NCBI RefSeq assembly: GCF_006345805.1
Contig: NC_043007.1
Span: 58,714,001-58,778,000 of the forward strand
Direction: 5' to 3'
DNA from: Octopus sinensis
Lineage: Eukaryota
DNA: 64,000 bases
A program made the translations under genes and the position numbers. The notes beneath the pieces were generated by a model. It was not told the origin of the DNA and did not search any database. It saw only the letters and a list, made by a program, of their open reading frames with translations. This document shows, one piece after another, positions 1-12,770 of this stretch; within the stretch, counting starts at the first letter, position 1; each line of letters starts with the position of its first letter.

Positions 1-2
1 CA

Positions 3-1994
3 TCAAGTTGTGATGTACAGAAAGAAAGATCTGAAAATGTAACAATAAGAAATTTTAGCATCCAGAAAAATAAATCTGAAGGTATGTCAGCAACAAGTTG
101 TGATGTTCAGGGAGTCGAGAGTGACAGTGTGATGTTACAAAGTCATGGCACCCCAAAAAACATATCTGAAGAAAGTACATCGCATTATACCAAACTGAGA
201 GATATATCTAAAGATAAGATATCACAACATGGCAATACTTACAGAGAAATGTCTAGTGATATGACATCACAAAGCAGTAACAGCAAACAGGTTATGTCCA
301 ACAACAAACTATCACAGCAGTATAACTTACATGAAGAAACCTTACAAAGTGTAACATCACATCATTGTAATAGCCAGAGTCACTCATCAGAAAATATGTC
401 AGAAAATTCCATTCCATGTGAATTTATGTTGCCCACTATGGCAGCAAAACAGATAAGAGATAATATATCCCCAAAACATGTAATTGAATTAACTCTTATG
501 TCACCAAAACCTATATCCAGTAACCAGGGTAACATGTCACCAAAATATACAGACAGTAATAAAGATATATTAACTATGAAATCACCAAGAGATAAAGAAG
601 ACAAGGAAGAATTAATGTCTGATGTTCCATTAGAACACTCAGAAGTAAAATACAAAACCCCAGAAGGAAATGGAAATTATGTAAATTGCCATCAAATATC
701 TCCAAACAATATTTGTACTAAAAACTACACAGAACAAAATGAAGTGAAAGAAATTACAAGTCAAAACCAAAGTAAAGTTCTTGATCAGAAAGAGGTCCCA
801 GACAACCAAAGAGATACAAAGATTTATAAAGATCAACTAGTAAACCTCAGTCAAATTTTTGGGCCATTAAATTATTTTGGTGGTAATAGCAGTCAGACAG
901 ATCCAGTTTCTATACAGCATGTCATGGAAAAGTCATTTGATTCTAAAGATTCCAATAAAAATATACCAGACACAAAGTTTAATGTTGATGATAAATCCTC
1001 TGATTGCATTAGTGATGGTAAAAGCAAAGCTATCGCATTACAAGATGGACCTCTTTCAAATAACAGTCACAGTTCTAGTTTTGATTATTCCGTTTGCAAG
1101 ATTACTGAGAAGAGTAAAAGAATATCTGAGACCTCTCCAAATATGAATAAGTCTGAAATTCAGAGTTCAGCATCAAGTGGTGTTACCAAAAGTTTTTCTC
1201 TTGCCATGAATAAAGAAGTGACTTCTATGCTCAGTGCTGATGAAGATAATAATAATACAACAAACGAAAGTTTGAAGAGTGAAACAAGTTGCTCTATCCC
1301 AGAAGCTAGTGCAGGAAGCAATAATACTGGGAACATCTGTTGCATGTCTAAAGAAATTCCATCTGATAAAACTATTTCTCCGTCAATTCCTGCTTCTCAA
1401 CTGGGTAAACGAAAACATGAAACAATAGCTTCTTGTGAAGATAATCACAAGAATGTTTGTGATATTCAGTCGGTAAATAATGTGGAGTCTTTTATTTCTC
1501 ATTCTGCTGTTTTAGAAAATTGCACTGTTGAAGAAAAGCCGGTTAATCATAATTCCCTTAAAAGTAAGCACAGGATAAATCTAGATTCTACAACTTCAGC
1601 ACAATCAACATCTGTAGATAGATCTCAGAACAATTCAAATAGGGAAATATTGTGCAAAAACAGGGCAGATAATCAACCAATAGAGAAAAGCTTGTCACAG
1701 ACCACTATAGTCATTAGCGACTCTCAAAATAGTGAGTGGGATCCAGATTGTGAGAATAAAAATTTAAGTGAAAGCCAAGAAACAATGCCACCAAGTCCCT
1801 TTTCAATATCTTCAAGTTCCGAGTCTTTGCTGTCACCAAAGATATTAGAGAGTATGTCATTGCTTCATAACAACTGTGATATTAATAATCTTCCTGTTAA
1901 CTACCACGATAATGTTACAAGTCCTCACAACTCATCTAGTCAGGATGAAGTCGTAATTATTGAGAAAAAAATCCCACGTTTTGTAATAGACTAA
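3..1994 (+). CDS. Large coding exon (probably last) of an unidentified Ser/Asn/Thr-rich, likely disordered protein; reading frame is open from the window edge
   Basis: 663 codons without a stop in AT-rich DNA. The frame has no stop upstream of the ATG at 84, so the gene starts outside the window. Low-complexity composition with many SP/SQ motifs and no recognisable folded domain. Confidence 0.75.
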   Translation, partial: SSCDVQKERSENVTIRNFSIQKNKSEGMSATSCDVQGVESDSVMLQSHGTPKNISEESTSHYTKLRDISKDKISQHGNTYREMSSDMTSQSSNSKQVMSNNKLSQQYNLHEETLQSVTSHHCNSQSHSSENMSENSIPCEFMLPTMAAKQIRDNISPKHVIELTLMSPKPISSNQGNMSPKYTDSNKDILTMKSPRDKEDKEELMSDVPLEHSEVKYKTPEGNGNYVNCHQISPNNICTKNYTEQNEVKEITSQNQSKVLDQKEVPDNQRDTKIYKDQLVNLSQIFGPLNYFGGNSSQTDPVSIQHVMEKSFDSKDSNKNIPDTKFNVDDKSSDCISDGKSKAIALQDGPLSNNSHSSSFDYSVCKITEKSKRISETSPNMNKSEIQSSASSGVTKSFSLAMNKEVTSMLSADEDNNNTTNESLKSETSCSIPEASAGSNNTGNICCMSKEIPSDKTISPSIPASQLGKRKHETIASCEDNHKNVCDIQSVNNVESFISHSAVLENCTVEEKPVNHNSLKSKHRINLDSTTSAQSTSVDRSQNNSNREILCKNRADNQPIEKSLSQTTIVISDSQNSEWDPDCENKNLSESQETMPPSPFSISSSSESLLSPKILESMSLLHNNCDINNLPVNYHDNVTSPHNSSSQDEVVIIEKKIPRFVID

Positions 1995-2149
1995 TAAGGA
2001 AGAACTTTTGTTCTACAGTTAGGAAGTTATTATGAGAATATAGTTTTGGAATTACTGTAACAATTTTTTATAAAAATCCCCTTTATACTTAAAAACTGCA
2101 TAAAGTAATTTTCACAAAGACTTTCAAATATACATATATATATATATAT

Positions 2150-5100
2150 ATGTTATTTAGAGATAGAAGTCCACATGCAATTCATCAAATCCTAATATAC
2201 ATCACACCATATAACACTAATCATTTCTAAATTTCTCTGCTACACGTGTTTCATGAGGTGCATTTAACATTCCTTATATGCGCAGTCTTTTATTATATTT
2301 TATCATTTGTAAATTTTTTTCTCCGTAGATTTCATTTATATATCTTTTTGCTTTTTGTCATTCATTCGCATTTGTTTACGTCCACTTTTAACTATAGTTT
2401 TTATTCGAATATATATTTTTCTTTGTCATTGTTTTCATTATTATATCATCACTATTATATATTGTAATTTTCATTCCTACATATTATTAATTTATCTGCA
2501 TGTTTATAGGCATAAGTCACGTTTGAATTTAGTTTTGTAAATTTTTAATTTTTAATCAACTAAATTATGGCTTGCACAGCAAGGTTCGGCGAATTTATTT
2601 GCACATATGCATATTTGTCTGTTAATTACATTCGTAACTATTAAAATATAGAAATTGGTATTGAATTTTAATAAAGTTATTAAGAGGCCTGACGATTGGG
2701 GTTGCGTTTAAGAAATGTTCATGTAAAAGACTGCGTGTATAAGGAACGTTAAACGCACCTCATGAAACACGTGTAGCAGAGAAATTTAGAAATGATTAGT
2801 AAGTATTAAAATAAAATTCTATTATATGGTGTGATGTATATTAGGATTTGATGAATTGCATGGGGACTTCTATCTCTAAATGACATATATTTCCTTATCG
2901 AGAATAATTCATTTTATTTGAATCCCTGTGATGCCGGAATTTTTATTCCCCAATAAATAAAATAATCTATATATATATAAATATACAGGTCGTTATCGAC
3001 TTATGACCAATTGACTTTACAATTGGCATGCCAGCTTCTGGCAGCAATAATAAATATTGAAATCTAATGGGTTTAATTTCTTAGAAATTAACACATCTAG
3101 GTTTGGTTATCGATTGTCACTGTATTGGATGACTATCCTGACACAGAGACATCGAGGCAACCTTGTATTTGTTTATAAGACAACTGCTTAATACTCTGAA
3201 ATTTTTGCCTAACTCCAGTATAATTGTATGATACAAAATGCTGTGTATGACTTTTACCTGAGAATGTACCATAAGACTGTAAAAATATAAAACAAAGCCA
3301 TGTAGGCCTATAGGCCGATTTACAAACAGTCAGTCTGAACCAATTGTGGTTGTAAGTTGACAACGACCTGTACTTCTTTTTTGTATCTGATTTGCAAGAT
3401 TCTTTATGTGAATTCGCGTGTTGAAGCATATTTTGTTGTTGTATGGGGAGAGTCATTTTGTCTTTATACCTTATTAACTAACACACCGGTTTGATTTCCA
3501 GAATTTTGTTGGTAACTCCGTCCATTATCAGTGCTGCATTCGTAACTGTTAAAATATAGAAATTGGTATTGAATTATAATAATATTATCAAGAGTCCTGA
3601 TGATTGGGGTTGCGTTTAAGAAATGTTCCTGTAAAAGACTGCGTGTATAAGGAACATTAAACGTTTGTTTGTGCATGCATGTGTATTTACATATATATAT
3701 GTGTGCGTGTTTGGTCTCTGCATATGGGCTTGTGTGACTATGTTGTTATAGTTGTTTGTGCAGCTGATGCTGTAGTTATCATTGCTGCTATTGTCACTAT
3801 TGTTGTTGTCATTAAAATTGCTATTGTTTTGGTTTCGTATGTTTGTGTTGTATTGTCCTAATCTCCATCTTATTTTCAATTTCAGACAATTATATGTAGC
3901 AAATTTTGGCGGTAACTTTAAGACATGCATTTCATCCATATCCAGCTGTTGTGCCATATATTCCAGGGGTGTCATTTTTGTTGGTGGTGGTATTGTTCTT
4001 CAGTGCCCTGGCATTGAAGTCCTCGTTCCAACATGACAATCCCATCAACATTGTTTGGATATCTGTGTTGACTCATACCACGCTGAGATCATTGTTTCAT
4101 CCACTTAAGTTTTTGCAGGTATGGTTTACTCAGTGGTATTCTTGTAGGATGAGTGTCATGAATCTTTTGTGTGATGTAGGGGTGTTTTTCAGTTCATGCA
4201 GTAGGACTATCTTTTGTTTCTGGTACTGGTTGATTTCTTTGTATATTTTCTCTTTGATGTTTTGCAACATCATGTGTTTTAGTTTTCTTGCTTGGTGTTC
4301 TGAGTCCTCAATGCTTGACAGCTGAATTAACAGATTTCGTGTATAACCTAGAGAGGATGCATGCTTTAATGAAATAGAGCTGTTGGGTAACTATTTTGAT
4401 TTTTAGACAGCAGAACAGTGTCTGTCAGCATCTTGCTAGCTTGGCTAGAGCTTATTCTATTTCATTTTTTTATCTGGTTTGCAAGATTCTTTATATGAAT
4501 TCGTGTGATGAAGCATATTTTGTTGTCTGCGGAGAGTCATTTTGTTTTTATGCCTCATTAACTAACACACTTACTGGTCCAATTTCCATTCAATTTGTTG
4601 ATATATTTTTTTCTTCCAGAATTTTCGTTGCTTCTTGCAACCTTCTCACTAGTTGTTGACTGTCCTTTTGTTTGTTTGTATTCTGCATATTCATGTTTTT
4701 GTGTGTGTGCATGTTTGAGTGTGTCTATGTATGAGTTTGCGTGACTATGGTTGTGTGCCTCCATATGTGTTTTTGTATGTATCTGTGTGTATGCTTGTCT
4801 TTCCATATCACCTTTGTACCTATCTATCTGTTTACCTACCTAACAGCCTACTAACAAATGTACCTATGTATGTATATTCTCTGGGTATTTGGGTATCATA
4901 CCTTCTACATGTATTTCCTATTTAGTATGGGCGATGTTTTGTTTATGAGGCCAACTTGACATCTGCATTTTATCCGAGTAACCGAAGAACCCATCACTCA
5001 GATAAATACAGGAGTATGTCCTCATAAATGAAACATCCCCCACACTAAATAGGAAATACACACAGAAGGTAGTGATACTCCAATACCCACAGAATATACA

Positions 5101-5500
5101 TACATAGGTATATTTGTTAATAGGCTGTTATGTAGGCAAATATATACATATGTATATAGGTAGATATGTAGGAAAACAGATAGATAGCTACATTGGTAAT
5201 ACAGACAAGCATACACACACACACATACAAAAACATGAATATGCAAAATACACACATGCATACATATGTACACTGACACACACATGCGCATAAACAAAAA
5301 AAAGGAACACAGCTGATTACAGTCAACAACTATGAGAAGGTTGCAAGAAGTAATGAAAATTCTGGAAGAAAAAAATATATATATAAATAGTGGAAATTGA
5401 ACCAGTGAGTGTTAGTTAATAAGGTATAAACACAAAATTCATCTCCCCAGACAACAATATCTATATATAATGTCCTTCACACAAAACATCTTGCAAAATA
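2150..5500. mobile_element. Rearranged Penelope-like element relic with direct and inverted terminal-repeat copies
   Basis: Direct repeats 2630-2755/3538-3663 and 3377-3486/4466-4570; inverted repeats 2150-2292/2725-2890 and 4478-4978/4996-5500. A decayed minus-strand frame at about 4540-4000 (KLARC..TLFCCLKSK.LP.S..LK) resembles PLE ORF N-termini. Hammerhead motif lies inside the repeat. Confidence 0.55.
2686..2778 (+). ncRNA. Type I hammerhead ribozyme-like motif (family A)
   Basis: CTGACGA (2689-2695), long stem II (TGGGGT-TGCGTTTAA / TTAAACGC-ACCTCA), GAAA (2764-2767), palindromic stem III ACACGTGT, GUA cleavage triplet. Stem I is only 2 bp. Confidence 0.55.
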
Positions 5501-7195
5501 TTTCTCTTTAAAACTATATCACTCCCACAACACTTGCTTTGCTTGTAAATGAATGAAAATTATAGTTGGTTGAGGAGCTAACATTTCAGCACTGGGTCTC
5601 TAACAAAAGTATTTAACTTAAAAAGATTTGGTTTCGTAAGTTATAAATAGATAGATACCTTAAAACTTTTTCTTACTTAGTTATTTCTCAACCCATTCAT
5701 TTAAATTTTAGACAATTTCAGGACAATCCCTGATGCTGTGAAGTCAAAATGAAACAAAGATACTATATATATATATCATCATTTTTTAACGTCTGTTTTC
5801 CATGCTAGCATGGGTTGGACAGTTCGACCGGGGTCTGGGAAGCCAGAGGCTGCACCAGGCTCCAGTCTGATCTGGCAGTTTTTCTATGGCTGGATGCCCT
5901 TCCTAACGCTAATTCCTATGTAACTAAGTCCATCAGGCTACAAACAGATTCAATAAGTACAGCTCACTTCAGCAAAAAGCAGAAGCACTGACAAGTATTT
6001 GTTTCTTTCATTGCTGAATTCAGCTGTTCTTTTGAGCCAGGAAAAGCAACTGCAAACCAAATCAGTATATTCTTCATAAGAAAATTAAGATTTCATAAGC
6101 TTTGTCATGACATGAAATCAATAATTATATATTATATACATACACATATCACATTTAAACATAATGTTTATGTAACATGAAAATTCACGACTTTTTAAAT
6201 GATTGTTTGCAATGGATTACACTGAATGAAATTAAAATATATTTTTCTCTAAAACGTGTTTGTTAAATTTTATGTTGATTGATCTAGTAGGCATAAGTGA
6301 TGTTCTATCTTTGGATAGAACCAGCACATGCTTTTTATTTATAACCATGTACAACTCTCAGAAAAATTACAGCAAATACCTCAATTTCAAAAATGTAAAT
6401 TAAATCCATCTTACCTTTGATCAAGCTAATACACAAATACATGGAGACAGTGTAGAGAACACAGTATGGATACCACCAATTTTCATTTTTGAAATAATAT
6501 TTGATTTTGGTAATATAATTATGAAGACCTGAAAGTTAGTAACCAAACCTATGGCAACCTGCTATTATGTGAAGGAAACCCCATTACAAGAATCACTTGC
6601 TTATATGCTCCTATCTTAGGTAGATGTGAAAGGCTACTAATTATTTGGTTATTGGTAACAGATTGTACATCCAATGGAATAACTATGGACCAAAGATACA
6701 GTTTTAGTGACAAACTTAGGTCTTTGGGAACCTGTAGTTAATGTTAGTACTTCTACAAGTTTTTTTAAATGATGATGGCACAGTAAGGACATCAGAACCT
6801 GAATAAAGGCTCATGACCGCAATCACAGTTTACAAATGTAAGTGCATTACACCTGTAACATTTAAACACACAAATATGAACTATACATTCCTGCTTTAAC
6901 ATACTTTTACTCAAAAATTTTTGAATTCTTTGTTTGCTAAGAACCATTACAATCCATACATGGTAGCCACTCTAATCAACAATATATTTTCAGTTAGTGC
7001 CCTTTATAGCGCACTGACTGAAAATGTCCTGTTGAAATTTCACAATCTGAAGAGTCAAATCCATGTGATGGTTTATTTACAACCAAACTTAAAAGATTTA
7101 ATGACTGGCACGAAATTATTATATTCAAGAAATCTTAGTGAGAATGAAGTTTATTTGAACAAAATGGATTATTACAGTTTCAGTGTTTCTTTCAA

Positions 7196-7253
7196 TCAGT
7201 CTTTCTCTGCTATGGCAACAAGGTGGGCTTCTATCTCAGATTCTTTTAATGTT
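7196..7253 (-). CDS. PSMA6: PSMA6 exon 7 (R-TLKESEIEAHLVAIAEKD*), 58 nt including the stop
   Basis: Acceptor after a poly-T tract (ttgtAG); TGA at 7198-7196; the seven exons total 741 nt = 246 aa + stop; AATAAA on the minus strand at 7155-7150. Confidence 0.96.
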
Positions 7254-9229
7254 CTACAAAAAAAAAAAGAAAAAGAAAGAGGTAAGAACAAATCATTATA
7301 TGAGAGAGTGCTACACCTGTAACAGACCATTTCAATAAAATGAAACAACTAACCCGATTAAATTACAATCTTCCATCATAATGTAATAACCTTTTGTTAA
7401 GTTGTGTCTCATAACATAAAAGTTATTCTCAATTTCATTTGAAATTAACAGAAAGACAAAAGAATTGTATGTCCATAGGAATATGATCAGGGAAAGGTTG
7501 AAATGCCTGATGAAACATTTGTGACTACTGGCAGAACACTGCCATCCAGGAAGTTTCTTGTTAATAATTATGATATATATAAAACCATTATTTTAACACC
7601 TGCCTTTCCTAAGCTTGCCTGTGTCATACAAGATTCGCTGATGCAGATTTTCCCAGGCCAAATACTCTTCATGTCACTGACACCCACTATCAAATAAGCT
7701 ACGTTTTCACAGAAGACTGCAATGTCATCACTTGTATAATGGTGATGTTTGTTTACTATTAATACACACTGTCAAAACAAGATGCACATACAACAAGCTT
7801 CTTTTCAGTTTCTATCTACCAAATTCATTTACAAAGCTTTAGTTGGCCTCAGGCTCTAACAGAAGACACTTGCCTAATGTGCTGCAGAGTTGGACTGAAT
7901 GCAAAAGTACATGGTTGCAAAGAAAACTTCTTAATCACAGCTATGCCCATATATATCACAAAAATATGTGTAAGCACAGTCTTGTTTATAAGTTTGCTTT
8001 GCAGCCATGTGCTTTCAGAGTCATTCTCACTGCATAGCACTGAGGATAAGGATTTTCTACTTAAGAATTAGTGAAATTGGTAGATGGGCGTTCATTTAAC
8101 ATCTGTTTTTCCATATTAACATGGGTTGGATGGCGACTTATTTGAAGCAGAATTTTACAGCTAGATGCACTTCCTGTTGCAAACCCATATCTGTTTTTCA
8201 AATAAGGGGATTTTCATTTTTGCTTACAGGTTTTCATAAGCCTAGAGTAAGTGGTAATAGTGTCAACAAGGGATGTAAATATATCACCATATCATCACTC
8301 AGGCAGTGACAAGCAATACTGTAGAATGTCAGTATCTGCATGTGAACTGGGTTCATTTATTCTGCGGCATCAATGCTAGCAAGGTTAGCTTGTAGTCTGT
8401 AAGAGTAAAGAATCCTATTTAAAAATGACTGGACACATAAAATGTCTTAAAAAAATAACGATGGAGTGCCTTGGATCAGAATTCTGTCTTTTAAGGCTGA
8501 TTTAGTTTAAGAACAAATAACACTGTAACATGATTTTTGTCCTTGGGTAGCAACTGTTATTTCCTAAAAGTATGAAAAATGCCTAATATTTCCTTCAAAC
8601 TTTTGCTTTTTGTTAAATTTATTCAAATCCCAAACAATCCCTCTCAAAACATGGCTATGATATCCCGCACACTACTCTTGTTCATCATCAGAGGTGCACA
8701 TATTGTCAGTCACAAAGAGACATGCTCAAGCAGTTACGGTCAAGCAACTGACCAGCAAATCTATGGCACTGAGCAGAATATTTGCTATTACAATATTTCT
8801 GCTTCAGCAATTAAACACTGAATCTGTCTGAAATGTTCTGGCAAATAGGTAAGAGATTCAAAACATTGATATCCATGTCACAAAAGCAAAGTTTGAAGGG
8901 AATAAGTAGTCATTTCCTTTGATTTCTACATAGAAGCGAAAAGAAAATAACTCTTATTAACCAAAGAAAAAAAAAAGTAAAAATTTTGTAATTCCAGACA
9001 TGTATGTCAACCATTTATAATTGTGTGCACAATTCTTTGCTGTAGCTATATTTAAAAGAGACTAACTGAAGGTATACAAATCACTAACATCTTCAGCAAC
9101 AAACATTCTCTAAAAATTTAAATTTAAAAAATTAAGAGTTTTATAATTACTTTTATATAATTTTTTAGACCATGACATGGCTATTTTTGTAAAATTTAGA
9201 ATCTATTCAGTACAATAATGAATTATTAC

Positions 9230-9324
9230 CTGAATTTTGGATTATCTACAGTAACAAGACCAACTTCAATCTCTGTAGGTTTAAAGTCGGCAGAAAGAAT
9301 TGTCGATAAACAGGAAATAGCCAC
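9230..9324 (-). CDS. PSMA6: PSMA6 exon 6 ([32 protein letters not shown]), 95 nt
   Basis: Manual translation; acceptor ttttgctAG, donor GTAATA. Confidence 0.97.
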
Positions 9325-9736
9325 CTAGCAAAAGGAAAATATATCATATAAACACACACATTCATATATACTTATTTCCACAGAAATATTTTTACAAAAA
9401 GAAAACAGAAGTGTTTAGTTTCTTGTGCAAAAATGCTAAAACATCACCCTCAGTTAAAAAGTAGACAGATGTTGCCCACAATCTAATGGAAAAGCAGGAG
9501 AAAGATAAAAGATATTTGGGATCTACCAACATTTTATAGATGAAAGACATAATTAGTAACTGGATTATTTTGTACAGTTTTTATCAGATTTAATATTAAT
9601 TTCTGTTGTATTATATCCATACCAACATGGAAACGTCTGCATGCCCACATATTATTTACTTTAATTACAAATATGCATAGATGATACAAGATAATGTTCC
9701 CAATGTCAACATAGTTACACATAACATAACTATTAC

Positions 9737-9915
9737 CTCTACAGCTTCTGATTTTGTGAAGTCCTGCTTCTTTTTAACTTTTTTCTCAAGGTAATTATTA
9801 GCTTCCAACTGTTTAACTCCAGCTGCAGTAGCTTTGTAACCTGAATAATAACCTGCTGGGTCAGTTTTGTACACTTGAGGGCCTTTCTCATCATCAATGC
9901 CAATCAGGATGATAC
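9737..9915 (-). CDS. PSMA6: PSMA6 exon 5 ([60 protein letters not shown]), 179 nt
   Basis: Acceptor tttcctAG, donor GTAATA; alpha-6 sequence. Confidence 0.98.
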
Positions 9916-10102
9916 CTAGGAAATACAGAAATTTCACCATGTTTAAGGAACAGTTAACATAATTCTTTAGTTGAATTTACACATTTTCCAAATGATGGAA
10001 AACTATGCAGCTTAAACAAAAGAATCCTGGAGAAAAATCTAAAAGTTCATAAATATAACTAAGGATAGCCTTGACAATGAAGTATAACAGCTGTACATTT
10101 AA

Positions 10103-10284
10103 CCCTTTAGCATTCAGATTATTCTTATTTATTCGCATTGTTTTGAATTTATCATGCATTATCTCATAGCTTCAAGATTTCGACAATGTAATCATTTATT
10201 TTCAGAATGTTATTGTAGGATAGATATAAGAGGCCAGATTTAGCCAGTATAAATGAAAAAAAGGTAGGTTTAAATGCTAAAGGG
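10103..10284 (+). mobile_element. piggyBac-derived MITE
   Basis: TTAA on both sides; termini CCCTTTAGCATT...AATGCTAAAGGG. Confidence 0.85.
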
Positions 10285-11164
10285 TTAAGGAGCAGATTAT
10301 TTTTTCACTGCTTTCATTTATTAGACTGTAACAATGCTGGCACCTTGAAAGATACAGTTGAGTATATAAACCCCATTACTTAATTGGTATTTATTTTATT
10401 GACTTGGAACGCTGAAATTCAAAGTTGTCCTGGGTGGAATTTCAATAAAGAATGTAAAATGACAACTAAATATGAATGTTTTACTGTCCTATATTCCACC
10501 AATTCTTACATTCATGAATTTAAACCATACCATATCTACAATAACATACTTAAAGATTAGATAAATAAATTTACCTGTTTCAAATTGCCTACAAAAGCAA
10601 GTGCTTCAACAAAAACTAACCAAGATGTATTAAAATGGAGAAGGCAGAATTCTGCTTTAAGCATGCCATATAATCCCTCATAACTTTTTCAGTTATTGGA
10701 ATTTTCAGAAAATTTATATTCTATACATGGGGATTCATATGACTACGAAAAAAATATGTGAAAAAGTTTTTGAAATTTATTTTTTAAAAATCAGTTTAAA
10801 TGTGTTTATGGGGAGAGAAATATTGAAAACCATCAATACATCAGTTACAAACAAATGAAGAGGATATGAGGTGATCATGAAATGTGCTACAAATAAAAGC
10901 TAAATAACACTTAAATCACACACCTAATTTTTTTTTTTGCATAATTGTATGAATTCCCATGTGTAGAAAACAAATCTGCAAAAAATTTCAAACAAAAAAG
11001 CAAATCTGAAAAAAATCCCCAAAATGAATAGGTTATGCAGGTTTATAAGAGGTGCTTAAAGCAGAATTCTGCCAAAAAAAAATGGGCAATTCCTCAGTTG
11101 ATCTAAAGAAAATAATGGAAATAACAGTTGTTACAACTGAAAAACAGAAAAACAATCTACATAC

Positions 11165-11320
11165 AGCAACCAAGTGGTCTCATTTCTGCACTCTGTGTAT
11201 AAACCTGGGAAATATCGGCTAAACGTTTGCATAGCATATCCACAGGTATTTCATACCCGTATGTGTGCATCCATTTTGCAGCTTCATAACGTGCTCGCTG
11301 AACCTGAGAACGGCTGTCAG
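11165..11320 (-). CDS. PSMA6: PSMA6 exon 4 ([53 protein letters not shown]), 156 nt
   Basis: Acceptor attacAG, donor GTATGT; alpha-6 sequence. Confidence 0.98.
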
Positions 11321-12770
11321 CTGTAATGATATTAGTACAAGGAAAACAATGAATAAAATAAAAAAAGGTCAAAACAGTTTAAAAAGAAAAAAAACCACAC
11401 AATTTTTTCAAATTTAATGATAATATGCCCCTACAGTATCAAAGAATAAAACAACAATAGGCAGTAGATTTTTTCAGCAAGTCTGGCTTAGATTTCATTT
11501 ACTCATGTTAAAGGATTAATCACCAATCCTATATTAGAATATTCATCCTTATCTGGGGAAGAAAACTGTCAACACTAAGTGTTATAGCCAACTATGCTCA
11601 GAATAGACATACTAGCTAAAATAAGTAAGTATTGATTAAAAACTTTTGATTTATTTTTATTGTTGTTTAACCCCATATCTCATTGAGAAAACCTATAAAC
11701 ACAAGCATTTCAGCTATGAGCATCCAGACTTTTATTTAGATATAGTATATCCAAGATTACATTATCCAATGTGTCCACTCTTTTTTTTAAGGTGGTATAG
11801 TTTAACCTGAGAGAGAATTAAGCCAATATTTCTAGTACTGGTCACACAAAGATTCCTTTGTCATCTTCATTTTATTTTTTCCATCTCTCAAATATGTCTT
11901 TTTTTTTTTTTTGTAAATTTACAATGTACTGTATTATGTATTTCGTTACAGTCAAAGAGAGACTTCCATTTATACATCACAGATCTTTGTATTGAGATTT
12001 GAGAGACTGATTTTCTATTGAGGTGGACTACGTCTTGGAGAAGATCTTGGAGACAATGTTTATTTTCCATGCTGACATGGGTTGGATGGTTTGACAGGAA
12101 CTGGTGAGCTAGACAACTGTACCAAGCTCTACTGTCTACTTTGCCACAGTTTCTATAGCTGGATGCCCTTCCTGACACCAACCACTTTACAGAGTGCAGT
12201 GGATGCTTTTTATGAGGCACTAACACCAGTGAGGTCACCAAGTAACTTGCACCACAAAGACCTCTTCAAATAAGAAGGGGAGTAGTAGTACTGAGGGAGG
12301 TGGGTTTATGCCAGTTGAGAAGTTAAGGAATAATAGAGGAACAGGAATCTTACTGTAGAGGAGATAAAGCAGATAGTAGGGAAGAATATAAGTGATACAC
12401 AAAACAGACAGGCCGAGTGGACAGGAAGTTCACAAGAGTGAGAAGGGAGAGTGGGAGATAAAGAGGAGGAAAAGGGGGAGAATGCAGTGAGTGGTAAACA
12501 TGGGTGGAAGGAGGCAAAGGGTTCAACCACTTAACTATTCAGCTCTAGAGTCTCTGTAGTTATACACACCTCATCCCACCATATAATATAACCTTCAGTA
12601 AAAATTAAAGCAATATTCTGTGAAAACATACCCAGCCATTGTTATTTGTGTTTAAAGGACTAGAGGAAATGTTATCTTAATTGGAAACAGGTAAGAGTAA
12701 GGGTTGGCAAGAGGAAGAGCAACCAACCACAGAAAATCTGCTTCAACGAATTTCATACGACTCATGCAAA

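Noticed and set aside
6921-7322. 133-aa plus-strand ORF
   Set aside because: Antisense to PSMA6 exon 7 and its 3' UTR, starts at a non-ATG codon and has no recognisable motif.
8600-8860. Moderately GC-rich stretch in PSMA6 intron 6 with CTGATGA and a small hairpin, as a possible intronic snoRNA
   Set aside because: No properly spaced box C/box D pair with a terminal stem, no H/ACA architecture and no hammerhead second half.
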